DNA of 64,000 nt, taken from contig JAUCBJ010003885.1 of assembly GCA_032718475.1 (NCBI GenBank), forward strand, positions 37,845 to 101,844. The letters run 5' to 3'. This DNA is from Nemertoderma westbladi. Lineage: Eukaryota > Animalia > Xenacoelomorpha. This document shows positions 36,354 to 48,736 of the stretch, one piece after another. The position numbers and the translations under genes are program-made. Every line of letters begins with the position of its first letter. Within the stretch, counting starts at the first letter, position 1. The notes under the pieces are model-generated. The model ran no database searches and was not told the origin of the DNA. It saw nothing but the letters and a program-made list of their open reading frames with translations.

Positions 36354-37290
36354 TTATTTGTTAATATTTAACTTAATTGTTACGGTAAATACTATTAATT
36401 TCTACTCGTATTAAGTATGTTTAAAAATAAAAAATGTTATGAGTATATAAATTTGATTGCTTTTATATCAATATATGAAAAGTAACGACTCATGTAATTA
36501 TCTACTGAAACAGAGGTGGGATTGTATTATAAGTTCGAGGTTTATCGCTTCTACTTACAACGGATGTCTCACAGATACTCCACATTGCCTCAGCCTACAA
36601 TATACAATGATGGATACACCAGCAACGGTTTATATTTCCTACTATGAGCTAAGCTTGATTGTCTGTTATAATAGTCAACACGCGGTCTTCGTACACACAT
36701 TGCACTGTATATTGTTACACTTACTGTGTCTTGCTATAGATTTTTTTTTATGCCAGCAAATAAATGCGATTTTTGTTTATCTTATAATTATTAAGAAATT
36801 AACGTAACCTGCGATATTGACTGTGGTTTATTGTTTTGGGTAAAAGTTACATGTAACTGTAACCTGCTCAAATTTACCCTAATTGATAATTAATATTGTT
36901 AATTCGCAGAGACGATATATTAATTCGCCGAGATTTGCAGATATTCCCCCCTGTCTTCAGATATTACATGATATCATAATTTTCAAAAATAAAAAAATGA
37001 AATACTAAAAAAGAAAATAATTACCTATAAACCCAGAAAATTTAATTAGATTTAATTACATAAACATTCCAGGTCCAGATATAGTTAATAAAAACTAAAA
37101 AATATAAATGTTTTTCAATTTTAAAATTAATGTTAAAAATATAAATAAATAGTATAGAATAACATAGTATTTAATAATCACTGTGATTTTAATTTTAAAT
37201 AATTAATATTGGAATATTATTGCTTATAACATGCCCGGCATCATATAGTTACTGTTCAGGAATTAATTTTAGTGTTAAATAAAAAATACA

Positions 37291-37803
37291 ATGAAATTAA
37301 AAAATCGAACATTAGCAATTTTTTACGTATTACCTGTACTCATAAGGAGCAGTGAGAGTGTTACATGTACGACGGGGGACGATATTTGGGTACATTCCGA
37401 CAACTCGCAAGCGAAACAACGAGTAATGAGTCGCGAAGAGAAACTCAACATCCTCGAGTACCCAACAACCGTGGAGTTCAACTGCACGTCGTGCTGGCAA
37501 CTGACGCTAATGGTCTCCGGGGAGCCGAGACGGTATTCAGGGGCAACTGTGGTCGTCGAAGTCCGGAGTCGGCGCTGCAGAAGGGGCGATTGCGTCGCGG
37601 AACGCGAGGAGAGTTGCCACGGTGGGGAACTAACTACCAAGGCCGAGTTTATAGATGATGTGGACAGACAGTTGGATATATATGGTGATAATCACGCAGA
37701 TGCGATATGTCAAGTACAATGTTGTGATGGGGCTTGTCCACTTACAGTGTGGGAGAATGATCCGAGACTAAATTCATATTATAGCACTCCCGTATACTTT
37801 TAG
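37291..37803 (+). CDS. Small secreted cysteine-rich protein (170 aa, 10 Cys), family unknown
   Basis: ATG in an A-rich context; basic then hydrophobic N-terminus MKLKNRTLAIFYVLPVLIRS (signal-peptide-like); GC-rich ORF inside AT-rich flanks; NCT sequon. Confidence 0.7.
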   Translation: MKLKNRTLAIFYVLPVLIRSSESVTCTTGDDIWVHSDNSQAKQRVMSREEKLNILEYPTTVEFNCTSCWQLTLMVSGEPRRYSGATVVVEVRSRRCRRGDCVAEREESCHGGELTTKAEFIDDVDRQLDIYGDNHADAICQVQCCDGACPLTVWENDPRLNSYYSTPVYF

Positions 37804-39408
37804 GGAATATTTAAATTTATAATTATATTACGAAATTTCATGAAATAATCGATACACATATTTTATTTATTTTGAATTATTGATCAGGTTTCGGCCTACA
37901 TGAACCGCTATATCACCCCCCCCCCCCCCCCCCAAATTCGTACAACACAACCTATACCCTACGTAAGTCCAACGAGACATTCAACGAGACATTCCTTAAA
38001 AATAAGGTAAAAGTATGCGGGATGTGAGTTCATTATGAGGTTGAATATTTCAATGCGAAGTAAAAGTGCCTTTAATTATGACTTATCTAGAATATGTGGG
38101 GCGAGCCACGAAGTGAGTGAGACCACGAACGAGTAATAATTGTGGAGATGTTTCCAACTGTAGCATATCGTAGCCTAAGTGTCATAAGGCCCTTGTTTTT
38201 GTCGGATTTTACTTTTTTATACAATACCACGCTTTAAGACATGATCTATCAGCTGGTGAAGTTTTGAACATTTTGGAAGTGATGGTTATTGCGTGGTAAA
38301 AAAAAGTCAAGTCCCATATCCCAGCGGACAATATTTTACAGGGGAAAGGCCCCATATCTCTCTATATCTTTTATAGGCTTCCCTGAACAAGTGCAATTTT
38401 TGACTTATGACACTTATGCTACGATAACTTATTGCAAACTAAAAATATAATTAAATAGCTCGACCATATATACTTTTATTCGCAAAATCGCTCTTATATC
38501 CCGCTCTTAGGCGAAGATTCAGGAGATTGGTCGGTGAAGAGAAAAATAAATATATAGGATTTACTTTTTGCAGTATAAAGTACCGTGATCCTGCAAGCAA
38601 CACTCAATCTTATTTGGGTGAGTCGTCCCAAAGATTGGAATATATTTATGATTATTGAAAGTTTATTGGATTGTATTTAAGTGGGTGTTTTTTTTTTGGA
38701 AATAATCATTTTGTGCAAAAATATTGGACGACCAGAACTTTTACATATTTACTAGAGCGTGGGAATTGTGTTGAAAAGTAATAATTTATAACTAAACCAG
38801 CCAATACGGCAATGTAGTAATTCATCGAAATAAGATAATATATAAAAATAATTTATATAATTGCATTCATGGGACTTGGTCTCCGTTTTAGTAAACAGCA
38901 CTACCTACGTAAATAAACAAGGTTTCACTGCCGGACTATAAAATACAGCTTCCATGTCTATAAATAATTTCCATGGTTACAAATTGAACAGTTTCCCCAA
39001 AGATTACGCTACCAAACACAAACAATATAAATTCAAATATAAAGAATTAGAACAATCTAGGGCTGGCTCTGCACAAAGCAGTTCTCAGAAATACAAGAAT
39101 GATATACTAAAGAATTTAAATATTGGATACTGACTGAACTTAATTATTCATAATAATTATATTAATGTTGAGAATTATGTTTTTTACATAACAACATCGA
39201 AATAATAATAATATATACAATATGTAAATAATGTCGCGATAAGTAAGCACAGATGGTTGGTAATTTTAGATGAAAAACTCTGTTTGGTATTTTTATTATA
39301 GGCCGGAACAATATTCGTCCACAAAATAATAATTAACTCAAAACTTTTTCGACAACAGGAATTGAATAAGAACATAATAATGCGCTGAAGGTGTTCCTTA
39401 TTTACAAT

Positions 39409-41399
39409 GCGATACACCATGACCCGTAATATTGTGCCACGATACACCATGACCCGTAATATAGTGCCACGATACACCATGACCCGTAATATTTTGCCAC
39501 GATACACCATGACCCGTAATATAGTGCCACGATACACCATGACCCGTAATATAGTGCCACGATACACCATGACCCGCAATATAGTGCCACGATACACCAT
39601 GACCCGTAATATAGTGCCACGATACACCATGACCCGTAATATAGTGCCACGATACACCATGACCCGTAATATAGTGCCACGATACACCATGACCCGCAAT
39701 ATAGTGCCACGATACACCATGACCCGTAATATTGTGCCACGATACACCATGACCCGTAATATTGTGCCACGATACACCATGACCCGTAATATAGTGCCAC
39801 GATACACCATGACCCGTAATATTGTGCCACGATACACCATGACCCGTAATATTGTGCCACGATACACCATGACCCGTAATATAGTGCCACGATACACCAT
39901 GACCCGTAATATTGTGCCACGATACACCATGACCCGTAATATTGTGCCACGATACACCATGACCCGTAATATAGTGCCACGATACACCATGACCCGTAAT
40001 ATTGTGCCACGATACACCATGACCCGTAATATAGTGCCACGATACACCATGACCCGCAATATAGTGCCACGATACACCATGACCCGTAATATTGTGCCAC
40101 GATACACCATGACCCGTAATATAGTGCCACGATACACCATGACCCGTAATATAGTGCCACGATACACCATGACCCGTAATATAGAGCCGCGATACACCAT
40201 GACCCGCAATATAGTGCCACGATACACCATGACCCGTAATATTGTGCCACGATACACCATGACCCGTAATATAGTGCCACGATACACCATGACCCGTAAT
40301 ATTGTGCCACGATACACCATGACCCGTAATATTGTGCCACGATACACCATGACCCGTAATATAGTGCCACGATACACCATGACCCGTAATATTGTGCCAC
40401 GATACACCATGACCCGTAATATTGTGCCACGATACACCATGACCCGCAATATAGTGCCACGATACACCATGACCCGTAATATTTTGCCACGATACACCAT
40501 GACCCGTAATATTGTGCCACGATACACCATGACCCGTAATATAGTGCCACGATACACCATGACCCGTAATATTGTGCCACGATACACCATGACCCGTAAT
40601 ATTGTGCCACGATACACCATGACCCGTAATATAGTGCCACGATACACCATGACCCGCAATATAGTGCCACGATACACCATGACCCGTAATATTGTGCCAC
40701 GATACACCATGACCCGTAATATTGTGCCACGATACACCATGACCCGTAATATAGTGCCACGATACACCATGACCCGCAATATAGTGCCACGATACACCAT
40801 GACCCGTAATATTGTGCCACGATACACCCTGACCCGTAATATAGTGCCACGATACACCATGACCCGTAATATAGTGCCACGATACACCATGACCCGTAAT
40901 ATAGTGCCACGATACACCATGACCCGTAATATAGTACCACGATACACCATGACCCGTAATATAGTGCCACGATACACCATGACCCGTAATATAGTGCCAC
41001 GATACACCATGACCCGTAATATAGTGCCACGATACACCATGACCCGTAATATAGTGCCACGATACACCATGACCAGTAATATAGTGCCACGATACACCAT
41101 GACCCGTAATATAGTGCCACGATACACCATGACCCGTAATATAGTGCCACGATACACCATGACCCGTAATATAGTGCCACGATACACCATGACCCGTAAT
41201 ATAGAGCCGCGATACACCATGACCCGTAATATAGTGCCACGATACACCATGACCCGTAATATAGTGCCACGATACACCATGACCCGTAATATAGTGCCAC
41301 GATACACCATGACCCGTAATATAGTGCCACGATACACCATGACCCGTAATATAGTGCCACGATACACCATGACCCGCAATATAGTGCCACGATACACCA
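39409..41399 (+). repeat. 30-bp tandem satellite (CGATACACCATGACCCGTAATAT[A/T]GTGCCA), ~66 copies
   Basis: Exact period of 30; ends at the poly-C tract that begins at 41402. Confidence 0.97.
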
Positions 41400-43059
41400 G
41401 ACCCCCCCCCCCCCCCCCCCACTACAAAATACTTTCCCAACAAAAAAAAGTTTCACCTAACTCATCCTTCCTGGGTGAGCCAGAATTTTTATTATTGCTT
41501 TCATTTTTTATTTTCCAGCGTCTGAAAAGCATGGCATCCAGAAACTAAAACATGTTGCATATTTATTCCTTATACTCGATATAGTGGGGGCGGAGGTTGA
41601 TTTAATGACGCTACGGCTAATATATAGCCCGTTTATAGCCAAAGTTACCCGTTGCCATGGCAACTACAAACTGAAAAATAGTGCATATTGTTCCTTATAC
41701 TCAATATATTGGTGGTAGACTCTGATCCCATGACGCTACGACCACTAGATATACATTACGGCCGTTTAAAGCCCGTTGCTAAGGACATTTTCAATACTGC
41801 GAACTTTGGAAGTCGTTTTCACTTGGTTGCTATGGTATTTCCATAAAACTAAGTATGCCATTAAATTCTTCATATCCAAAATAGCAATCTGCTATAAATT
41901 TTAACTCGTCATATCTACGACAAGCGCAATTTATGTAGGAAAATGTAGAACATTTTATAACTATTATTAACAGAAATTATATTTTTAAAATATTTTTTTA
42001 AAATGTTCTATTACAACATATATTTTTTCCTAGAACAATATTTATAAACAAAATGAATATGTCTATAACTTTTTTCAAGAACAAAGAAACAAAAACTAGC
42101 TAGTATAACCATTTGGGGAGGGTGTACGACGTACGTACCCAAAACATAATTATTATTACATGGAGAAAAAAGTAGAACTTTTTTTCATTACTCTCGAGGC
42201 ATTTTATTTACCGAGCGCCAGGTTAATAAAGGGTCGAGAGAATATTGAAAAAAAAATGCTCTACGTTTTTTTCCCATGTAATACGCAATTTTATTCTTAA
42301 ATTGGTACTTTTTTGTTGCTTAATTCTTTAATAAATCGTACAGCGATCTAGTGGTATAAAATAAATTGAACTGTAGTATTTTATACTATATTGCTTCCAT
42401 AGTTACTGCAATTTAAATTATTTTACTCTTCAACTCCTGAAGCTGCCTTACTCAATGTTAAATAATTTAGTGTTCTAGAATATTTATTACGTAACTAGAG
42501 AGGCGCTTAACAACATAAACCAATATTGGATATGGATATTGAGTTCAGTTTTAGAGTGCCTCGCGCAGATCCTAAATTTGCAGTAACTTTTGAGTGTGTG
42601 AATGGATTTTGCTCAAATTACGTGCAAACCTTTTCTATGTCAATGCTCTTTCAACACATTTAATAAAATTTACCACCAAAAATATTTTATTTTACTTTTT
42701 TCACCGGGAAAAAGTAAAATCAATGCAATCCAATGTGTTACTTTTTTCCCTAGGGAAAAAAGTGCAACTTTTTCTCCCGATTTTGGTCTAAATTCGAGCG
42801 AAAAAATAACAATTTAAGAATAAAAGTTATACTTAATTTTGTAGGTGTGGAGTGCAGGAGCAAAAATAAAAATGAAATATTTATTATAATTTTCAAAAAA
42901 TATTTCATTTTTTGATTTACATGAAAATTCCAGATATGTTTACTATGTAATCTAAACTCTCTAGTTAGCTAACAAATACCGGTTGCATGGCCTATAGTTT
43001 AGGACACCTTGATATTCAAACATAAAAAAAATGTTCTAGAATATTGTGTCACTAATGTA

Positions 43060-43200
43060 TAAGGTTGAAGAATAACAACGGCGCAACTGGTGCAATATCG
43101 ACGGAGACAAAATTCTGGCTCACCCAGTCAGTGGTCGGGAGGTGAAACTATCTCTGTTTCAAATTTCATGCAATCTCATTACGATTTGTAGAAAAATTTG
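43060..43200. mobile_element. Fragment of the poly-C/G-ended foldback family
   Basis: aaattctggctcacccagtcagtggtcgggaggtgaaactatctc...gatttgtag nearly identical to 46525-46610; a complementary-arm fragment lies at ~41402-41520. Confidence 0.7.
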
Positions 43201-45690
43201 CTTACTGGCTTAGTAAGCATATGTCATTGATGGAGTATACAGGTTTAATACTGACAGACAATACTCATTGCTCACTAGATCCCTACAGGTGAGTGGGTAT
43301 GTAAAATCACAGACTGTGCAGTAATGATGTGACCCCCCCCCCCCCCCCCCCCCACCTAGCCAACCCCCTAAAAATCAATAAAACAATACACAATTATTGT
43401 TGTCTCAACAAAGTTTTCTCGGAGTTAGTGATATCTGAAGTAACAGATAGTTTATTTGGACATTTTCGCCTCAGTAGGAGTTTTACTTTAACTTTCAATA
43501 AGTTTTAACCAACCCAACAACGATTAAATCGAATTGCTGGCTGGGCTGTTGTAGCTGGTGCAATGTCGATGGAGACAACTTTTTAAAACGATTGGAAATA
43601 AAGTTTGTAAAATAATCCTGACTGAGCAACCGTCAAATATGGAGATACAGCCTATTTACTCGGTCCATTACACACTGCCTTGAACCTGGGAACTTGTGAA
43701 ATTTATAATCACATGCTGGCGTTCAAAATATGTTGCAAATTGCAAAGAAGCAAAGCTCAAATTGGACTTATACGAGCAGCGCGAGTGCTCTTAAAACAAA
43801 TAGTGCGGCTACTATAGCCTAATACTCGCGGTAGAAATATTATATTACACAATTATTTTGCCACTGCGAACGTTAAAAGCGCTTCATAAAATTACCAGCG
43901 TCCGCCTTTTAATAAGCGTACAAATTGATGTAAATAATTATTGGAAGCAACTCGAAAGAAAAATTAAAAATACATATAAATTGTTGAATTAAATGTGGCG
44001 ACTCCCGCCAACGTGAATTCATTAAACTCTATAAAAGGCGGTGATAATCGAAGCACCGGTTTTGTTACGATTAAGGAGCCAAATGGAAATAGCAAAGTAA
44101 ACAAATTTATAGTTCTGATTCGTGTGGCTTATTGAGAATGAGTCGATTATATTTACTTCATTTTTTCAATAATCGTAATATCTTAGGATCTCTGGCTGAT
44201 AATTGAATACACCCCAACCCATCGCCCACCAAGATTATAGAAAACAACAAAAGGTCCCGAGAAAATCATAAAATAATACATTATTATGTTATACAGTGAT
44301 TCTGAGCCAATATCTAGGTAGATAGATGGCTAAATCATCTTTGTATAGAAGAATATGACTGATTTCAATGTGATTCATATTGGAAAATCCTTGATCCTTT
44401 TCATTACAAAAATAATATCACCTAATCGATTTGTCGGGACTGTTTCGTTTTTCCCCATCTACGAATCAGCTGGTAAGTCACATCCGCTAACCACTTGGAC
44501 TTGCAAGGTGCAGTCCAGTTACAGAAGATGCAGAGACACTTCCGGTGTCCAATCAGGATGCCATGAGACTAACGTTTAACGGAAATAAAGTTTATCGTAC
44601 AGTTGGAAAGTCAATAGTTAACATTGTTACTGTATGTTGTGTTGCCTTGTTGGGATATGGAAAGAATGTAACGGCCTCAAAAATAGTTTTCATTCACCAA
44701 AACTCGTGCACATGTCATGCCGGGCGCCCCTATACAATGAAAAGGATACAGGCTCATTAGAAAGCAAGAACTCAATCTAAAATCATCCAATGTCCACCTT
44801 GTGATTATTATTTGTGAGACCACCCAAAGAAATATTCAAAAAATTACAAAAATTTATCATCTATCATCAAAATTAGTCAATCCCCTACCAGTAAGCACTT
44901 CAGGCATATAAGGTATAATTTTACCTTCCCAACGGAACCCATACACTCTAGTTCTCATTGACATGGTGTTAGGTTATTCGAAAGAGAATGGGTACAAATA
45001 ATTACACCCTGTCTGTCAGCAGCTGGCTGTGGTAGAGAAGAAGAATCTAATTTTATAAAATCATCGTTTTAACATTTAAACTACTGGCGCCCATCATTGT
45101 ACAACAAACAAATACTCCAGCTCCTTGGAGGTTGGTGGGGCTCTCTCTGGTTGGACAAATAATAAAAACCATTATTGAGAATTTTACTAAATAAACATAA
45201 TTAATTACAAAAACATTCCAGAATATTTAGTAATAAAAATATAATTAAGAAATTAGCGATATTCAGCTCAAAAATTACATTCATTATTTTCAACCGATGC
45301 CGTGGGAAATGAACCACCATAATGGGTGGGTTGGGTACCCTCCTCACCCTCAGCAGCAGTTCAAAACCTCATCCAACGCAATTCCCCCTGTTATTCCCAA
45401 TATTATTTCCCGTCACAGGTAAGTGTCGGGAACCCCATTAACGGTCTACCTACACATCCGTTCATTTCTCATTAACAATTTCCCTTTAACAGTGTCGCTT
45501 CATACAGCTGCCCTATAATAATTAATTATCACACCGTCAGCATTACCAGTTTAATTTTGTTTTGTGGATAAAAATTTATTTATATTAGAGACACTTGATA
45601 TGGAAGCAGCAAGCAGTGCACATACCACTGGATCCATTCCAGTGCCCAATGCTCAGCAGGGATCCAGAGGTTAGATTGGATACATTCCAC

Positions 45691-46939
45691 CACGGATGGC
45701 ATAACGAAACGAAAGAAATTTCAATTTAGTTTCGCATTCAAAACTTTCGTTTCGTTTTTCAAATCCGATGAAATATTAGTTTCGTTTCGTATCGTTTCGT
45801 TTTTTATCAATCTATGACATTTTCGTTTTATTTCATAGGTTTTAAATTCGTTTCGTTTTGTTTTATTCTAAAATTTTTGATTTTATAAAATAACAGTTTT
45901 AAATCTACCCCCCCCCCCCCCCCCCGTATAATGTAGTACAATAGATTAAGTATAAGATAATACCGGTACATTATAACTCTATCAATATATACCAAGTCTC
46001 AGAATATAGTGTCGTTACTCAGGTACCTGCCCCCCTCCCCTCCCAAATTGTTCTACAAATCGTAATGAGATTGCATCAATTGTTTCAATAATTTCACCTC
46101 CCGACCGACTGGGTGAGCCAGAATTTTATTTTATTTTTGCTCCCATTATTTAGCTAGGCCTACTGCACCAGTTACACCGCAGTTATTCTTAAACCTGAGA
46201 TATGAGCGAGTTGAGAAAGTTGCGTGGTTTTGTACGAGGCTGTGTTATTCTATTTAATAAATACACCATAAAAAACAAGTTTTTTAGAATAAAAAAAACC
46301 CTCACGCAAATGGAAAACCACGCAACTTTCTCAACTCGCTCATATTTCAGCTATTCTACGACGAAATTCAAATTGTGTTACATATTTGGAATCCTTGCAG
46401 GACCAGCTTTCCATTGGTACCAACAAACAGCTATAAGGTAGAATAATAACTGCGGTGTAACTGGTGTAATATCGCTGGAAACACTTTTTAAACGCTTGTA
46501 GCTAAAGATTGAAAGCAAAAATAAAAATTCTGCCTCACCCAGTCAGTGGTCGGGAGGTGAAACTATCTCCGTTTCAAATTTCATGCAATCTCATTACGAT
46601 TTGTAAAAAAAACTAGGGGGGGGGGGGGGGGTGTGGGCATGTATCGACAGGTATTACCTACGTATATCAGTTGCTCTATTGTATATAGTACTAATTTACT
46701 ATCAGTATTGCCTTAGTGCCTTATTACAGTTCTTCTGTAATCCGCCTTAGGTTATTTGTCGCGTAATGGTACCGAGAATATTATTATTATTATTATTATT
46801 TATAATTTTCAGCTATTTTATATTATTAAATTAATATATCGTAATGAATAATTACTTTGTAATTTAACGAATCGAAACGAAAAATTTAACTAAACGAAAC
46901 ACTTATTCTTTAGTCTTCCGTCTCGTTATGCCATCCCTG
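45691..46939. mobile_element. hAT-type non-autonomous element
   Basis: TIR CACGGATGGCATAACGA / TCGTTATGCCATCCCTG; 8-bp TSD CATTCCAC/CATTCTAC; subterminal (AACGA)n/(TTCGT)n repeats. Confidence 0.85.
46007..46650. mobile_element. Foldback element nested in the hAT element, related to 33441-34302
   Basis: Inverted arms (tttcacctcccgacc.../...ggtcgggaggtgaaa); shares attctatttaataaatacac and tgttacatatttggaatccttgca with the 33.4-kb element. Confidence 0.75.
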
Positions 46940-47161
46940 CATTCTACGACTGTAACCCTAATGGAAAGGGTCAACTAACTTATATATAGCAAGGACTTCC
47001 TTACTGCGATGGATACGGAATGGATCCCCCGACACAACAGACCAAAATCTGATAAAATACGAACGGAATTTGAACAAATCATAACTAAACAACTGCCCCG
47101 CCCCAAAAGCATCACAATATAAAGCAGAAGAGCCATAGGAACCGACAATTATCTATCCCAA

Positions 47162-48736
47162 CTATTTGCACTTACTCTTTTTCTGTAGAGTCGAGTAATA
47201 AAGTTTTGATTTATGATAATATTTCTGTTGTTCGAGGAACAACCAAACGTCCTTGAGATGAACTCGCTTCACTCGACCGGCTCGGTGTGCGGCGGCCTTC
47301 GGGGTCCTTGATTGGTCGTTACCCTTGGTTACCGAGGACGCCGAGGTCCCCGCCACCGTGGGCGAGGGCTGCGTCGAGTCCGCGTAGTCTAGCCGACGCT
47401 TCCGCTGTCCGATCGCAGCGAGCGCGGTCAGGTTGGCCTCGTCCCGTCGTCGCACGTCCATCTCCTGTTGCTGCAACTCCTTGGCTTTCTGTTTGAGTCG
47501 GAGCTGCTCCGGGTCCTCCTGTTTACTGCGACTTTTAGCGGCGCGCATCAGTCGCTCGCGCTCGGCGTCGTCCCTACGGCGATTCTCCACCGCGTGGAGT
47601 CGGTCAAACGTCCGCAACTGGGCGCGAACGTCCGACACCAGTTCGACCGAGGTGTCGGACCGATGGGCGGCCAGACGGTGCCCGGCTGCGGCGCCCAACC
47701 GCTGCACCACGCTACGCAGTTGCAACTCGAGCGCGTGCGACACGAGTTCCACCACAGAGGCGCCCACCTCGAGACTGTGGGCGGCGGCGAGGCGCTGTAA
47801 GGCGGCGCCCAGCCGCGGGAACCCGGAGGGGTCGCTCACCGACCGACTGGTGGCGCCAACCTGCTCCGTCGCTAGGATACGGGCAGACTCCTCGGAGAGG
47901 TTGACCCCGGCCATGCTGGTCACGTCGTACATGTCGTCGTCGTCGTCGATCTTGTGATGCGCCTTGTGTTTGTGGCCGGCGGCGGGGGGCGCTGAGCGGA
48001 CCGGGAGGGCGGGTGGCGGCGGGGGGGCGGTGGACGCCACGACCGCGGGCACCATACGCGGCGGTGGGGGCGGTTGCGGGGCGGCCCGCTGTGAACTCGG
48101 CAACTTTCCCTGCAAAGTCTGTCGCAGGAGAGGCAGCGATTTGGCGAGGAAGGGAACCAGATTGGGCTGGTGGGTGTTCGACTTGAGTTCGATTTGGAGG
48201 CGTTGAGTAAATTCGTCCGGCTCCATGTTCCCGTCTATTAACGATTGAACTAAGTTCTTCACGCTTCGAGCCGTGTCCGGACTTTGTTGTCCGGCCAACC
48301 GGATTAACGTGGACAAAAAGTTTTTACATTTAATTACATTGTCCATTGGCGACCCGGCCGCTATGATTGCAGGCTGCCGGTTCATTTGGTTGTTGTTTGA
48401 TGGCGCGGGGGCGACAGACCGTGGTGGCTGGCAGTTGTACTGGGGGTGGGGTTGCGCAACGCTATTCACGTAGTGTTGTTGGGGGGCTACGTGGTGGTAC
48501 CCGGTGGGTACTTGGGCCCTAACCGTGAGCAGCTGTTGTTGTTGTTGTTGGTTGTTCACTGTGTATTGCGTGGTCCCGGGGCCAATGTGATTGGCGTAGT
48601 GGGTTGTCTGCTGTTGCTGCTGCGGCTGGTATATAGCGCCGGTTCGTCCCGGTACAACAGCGGGACTGATTCGCATTATTTGGTTCCCGCGAATTATCGT
48701 TTGAACACCCGGCGCTTGGCTCTGAGGAAGAGACAT
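47162..48736 (-). CDS. TAF4: Transcription initiation factor TFIID subunit 4
   Basis: Gln/Pro-rich N-terminus; TAFH/NHR1 domain (NVIKCKNFLSTLIRLA...QPNLVPFLAKSLPLLRQ); histone-fold region (DDDDMYDVTSMAGVNLSEESARIL, RAAKSRSKQEDPEQLRLKQKAKELQQ, ANLTALAAIG); C-terminal RVHLKD. Single ORF; a possible acceptor ttacag lies 4 nt before the ATG. Confidence 0.95.
   Translation of the reverse strand: MSLPQSQAPGVQTIIRGNQIMRISPAVVPGRTGAIYQPQQQQQTTHYANHIGPGTTQYTVNNQQQQQQLLTVRAQVPTGYHHVAPQQHYVNSVAQPHPQYNCQPPRSVAPAPSNNNQMNRQPAIIAAGSPMDNVIKCKNFLSTLIRLAGQQSPDTARSVKNLVQSLIDGNMEPDEFTQRLQIELKSNTHQPNLVPFLAKSLPLLRQTLQGKLPSSQRAAPQPPPPPRMVPAVVASTAPPPPPALPVRSAPPAAGHKHKAHHKIDDDDDMYDVTSMAGVNLSEESARILATEQVGATSRSVSDPSGFPRLGAALQRLAAAHSLEVGASVVELVSHALELQLRSVVQRLGAAAGHRLAAHRSDTSVELVSDVRAQLRTFDRLHAVENRRRDDAERERLMRAAKSRSKQEDPEQLRLKQKAKELQQQEMDVRRRDEANLTALAAIGQRKRRLDYADSTQPSPTVAGTSASSVTKGNDQSRTPKAAAHRAGRVKRVHLKDVWLFLEQQKYYHKSKLYYSTLQKKSKCK

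Noticed and set aside
39184-41548. Four 680-740-aa ORFs over the 30-bp satellite
   Set aside because: The unit length is a multiple of 3 and lacks stops in four frames on both strands, so long ORFs are expected by construction; no splice or promoter context or homology supports translation.
44190-45130. Possible decayed retroelement or viral coding relic
   Set aside because: Composition is slightly coding-like but I found no convincing motif in any frame; a translated search would be needed.
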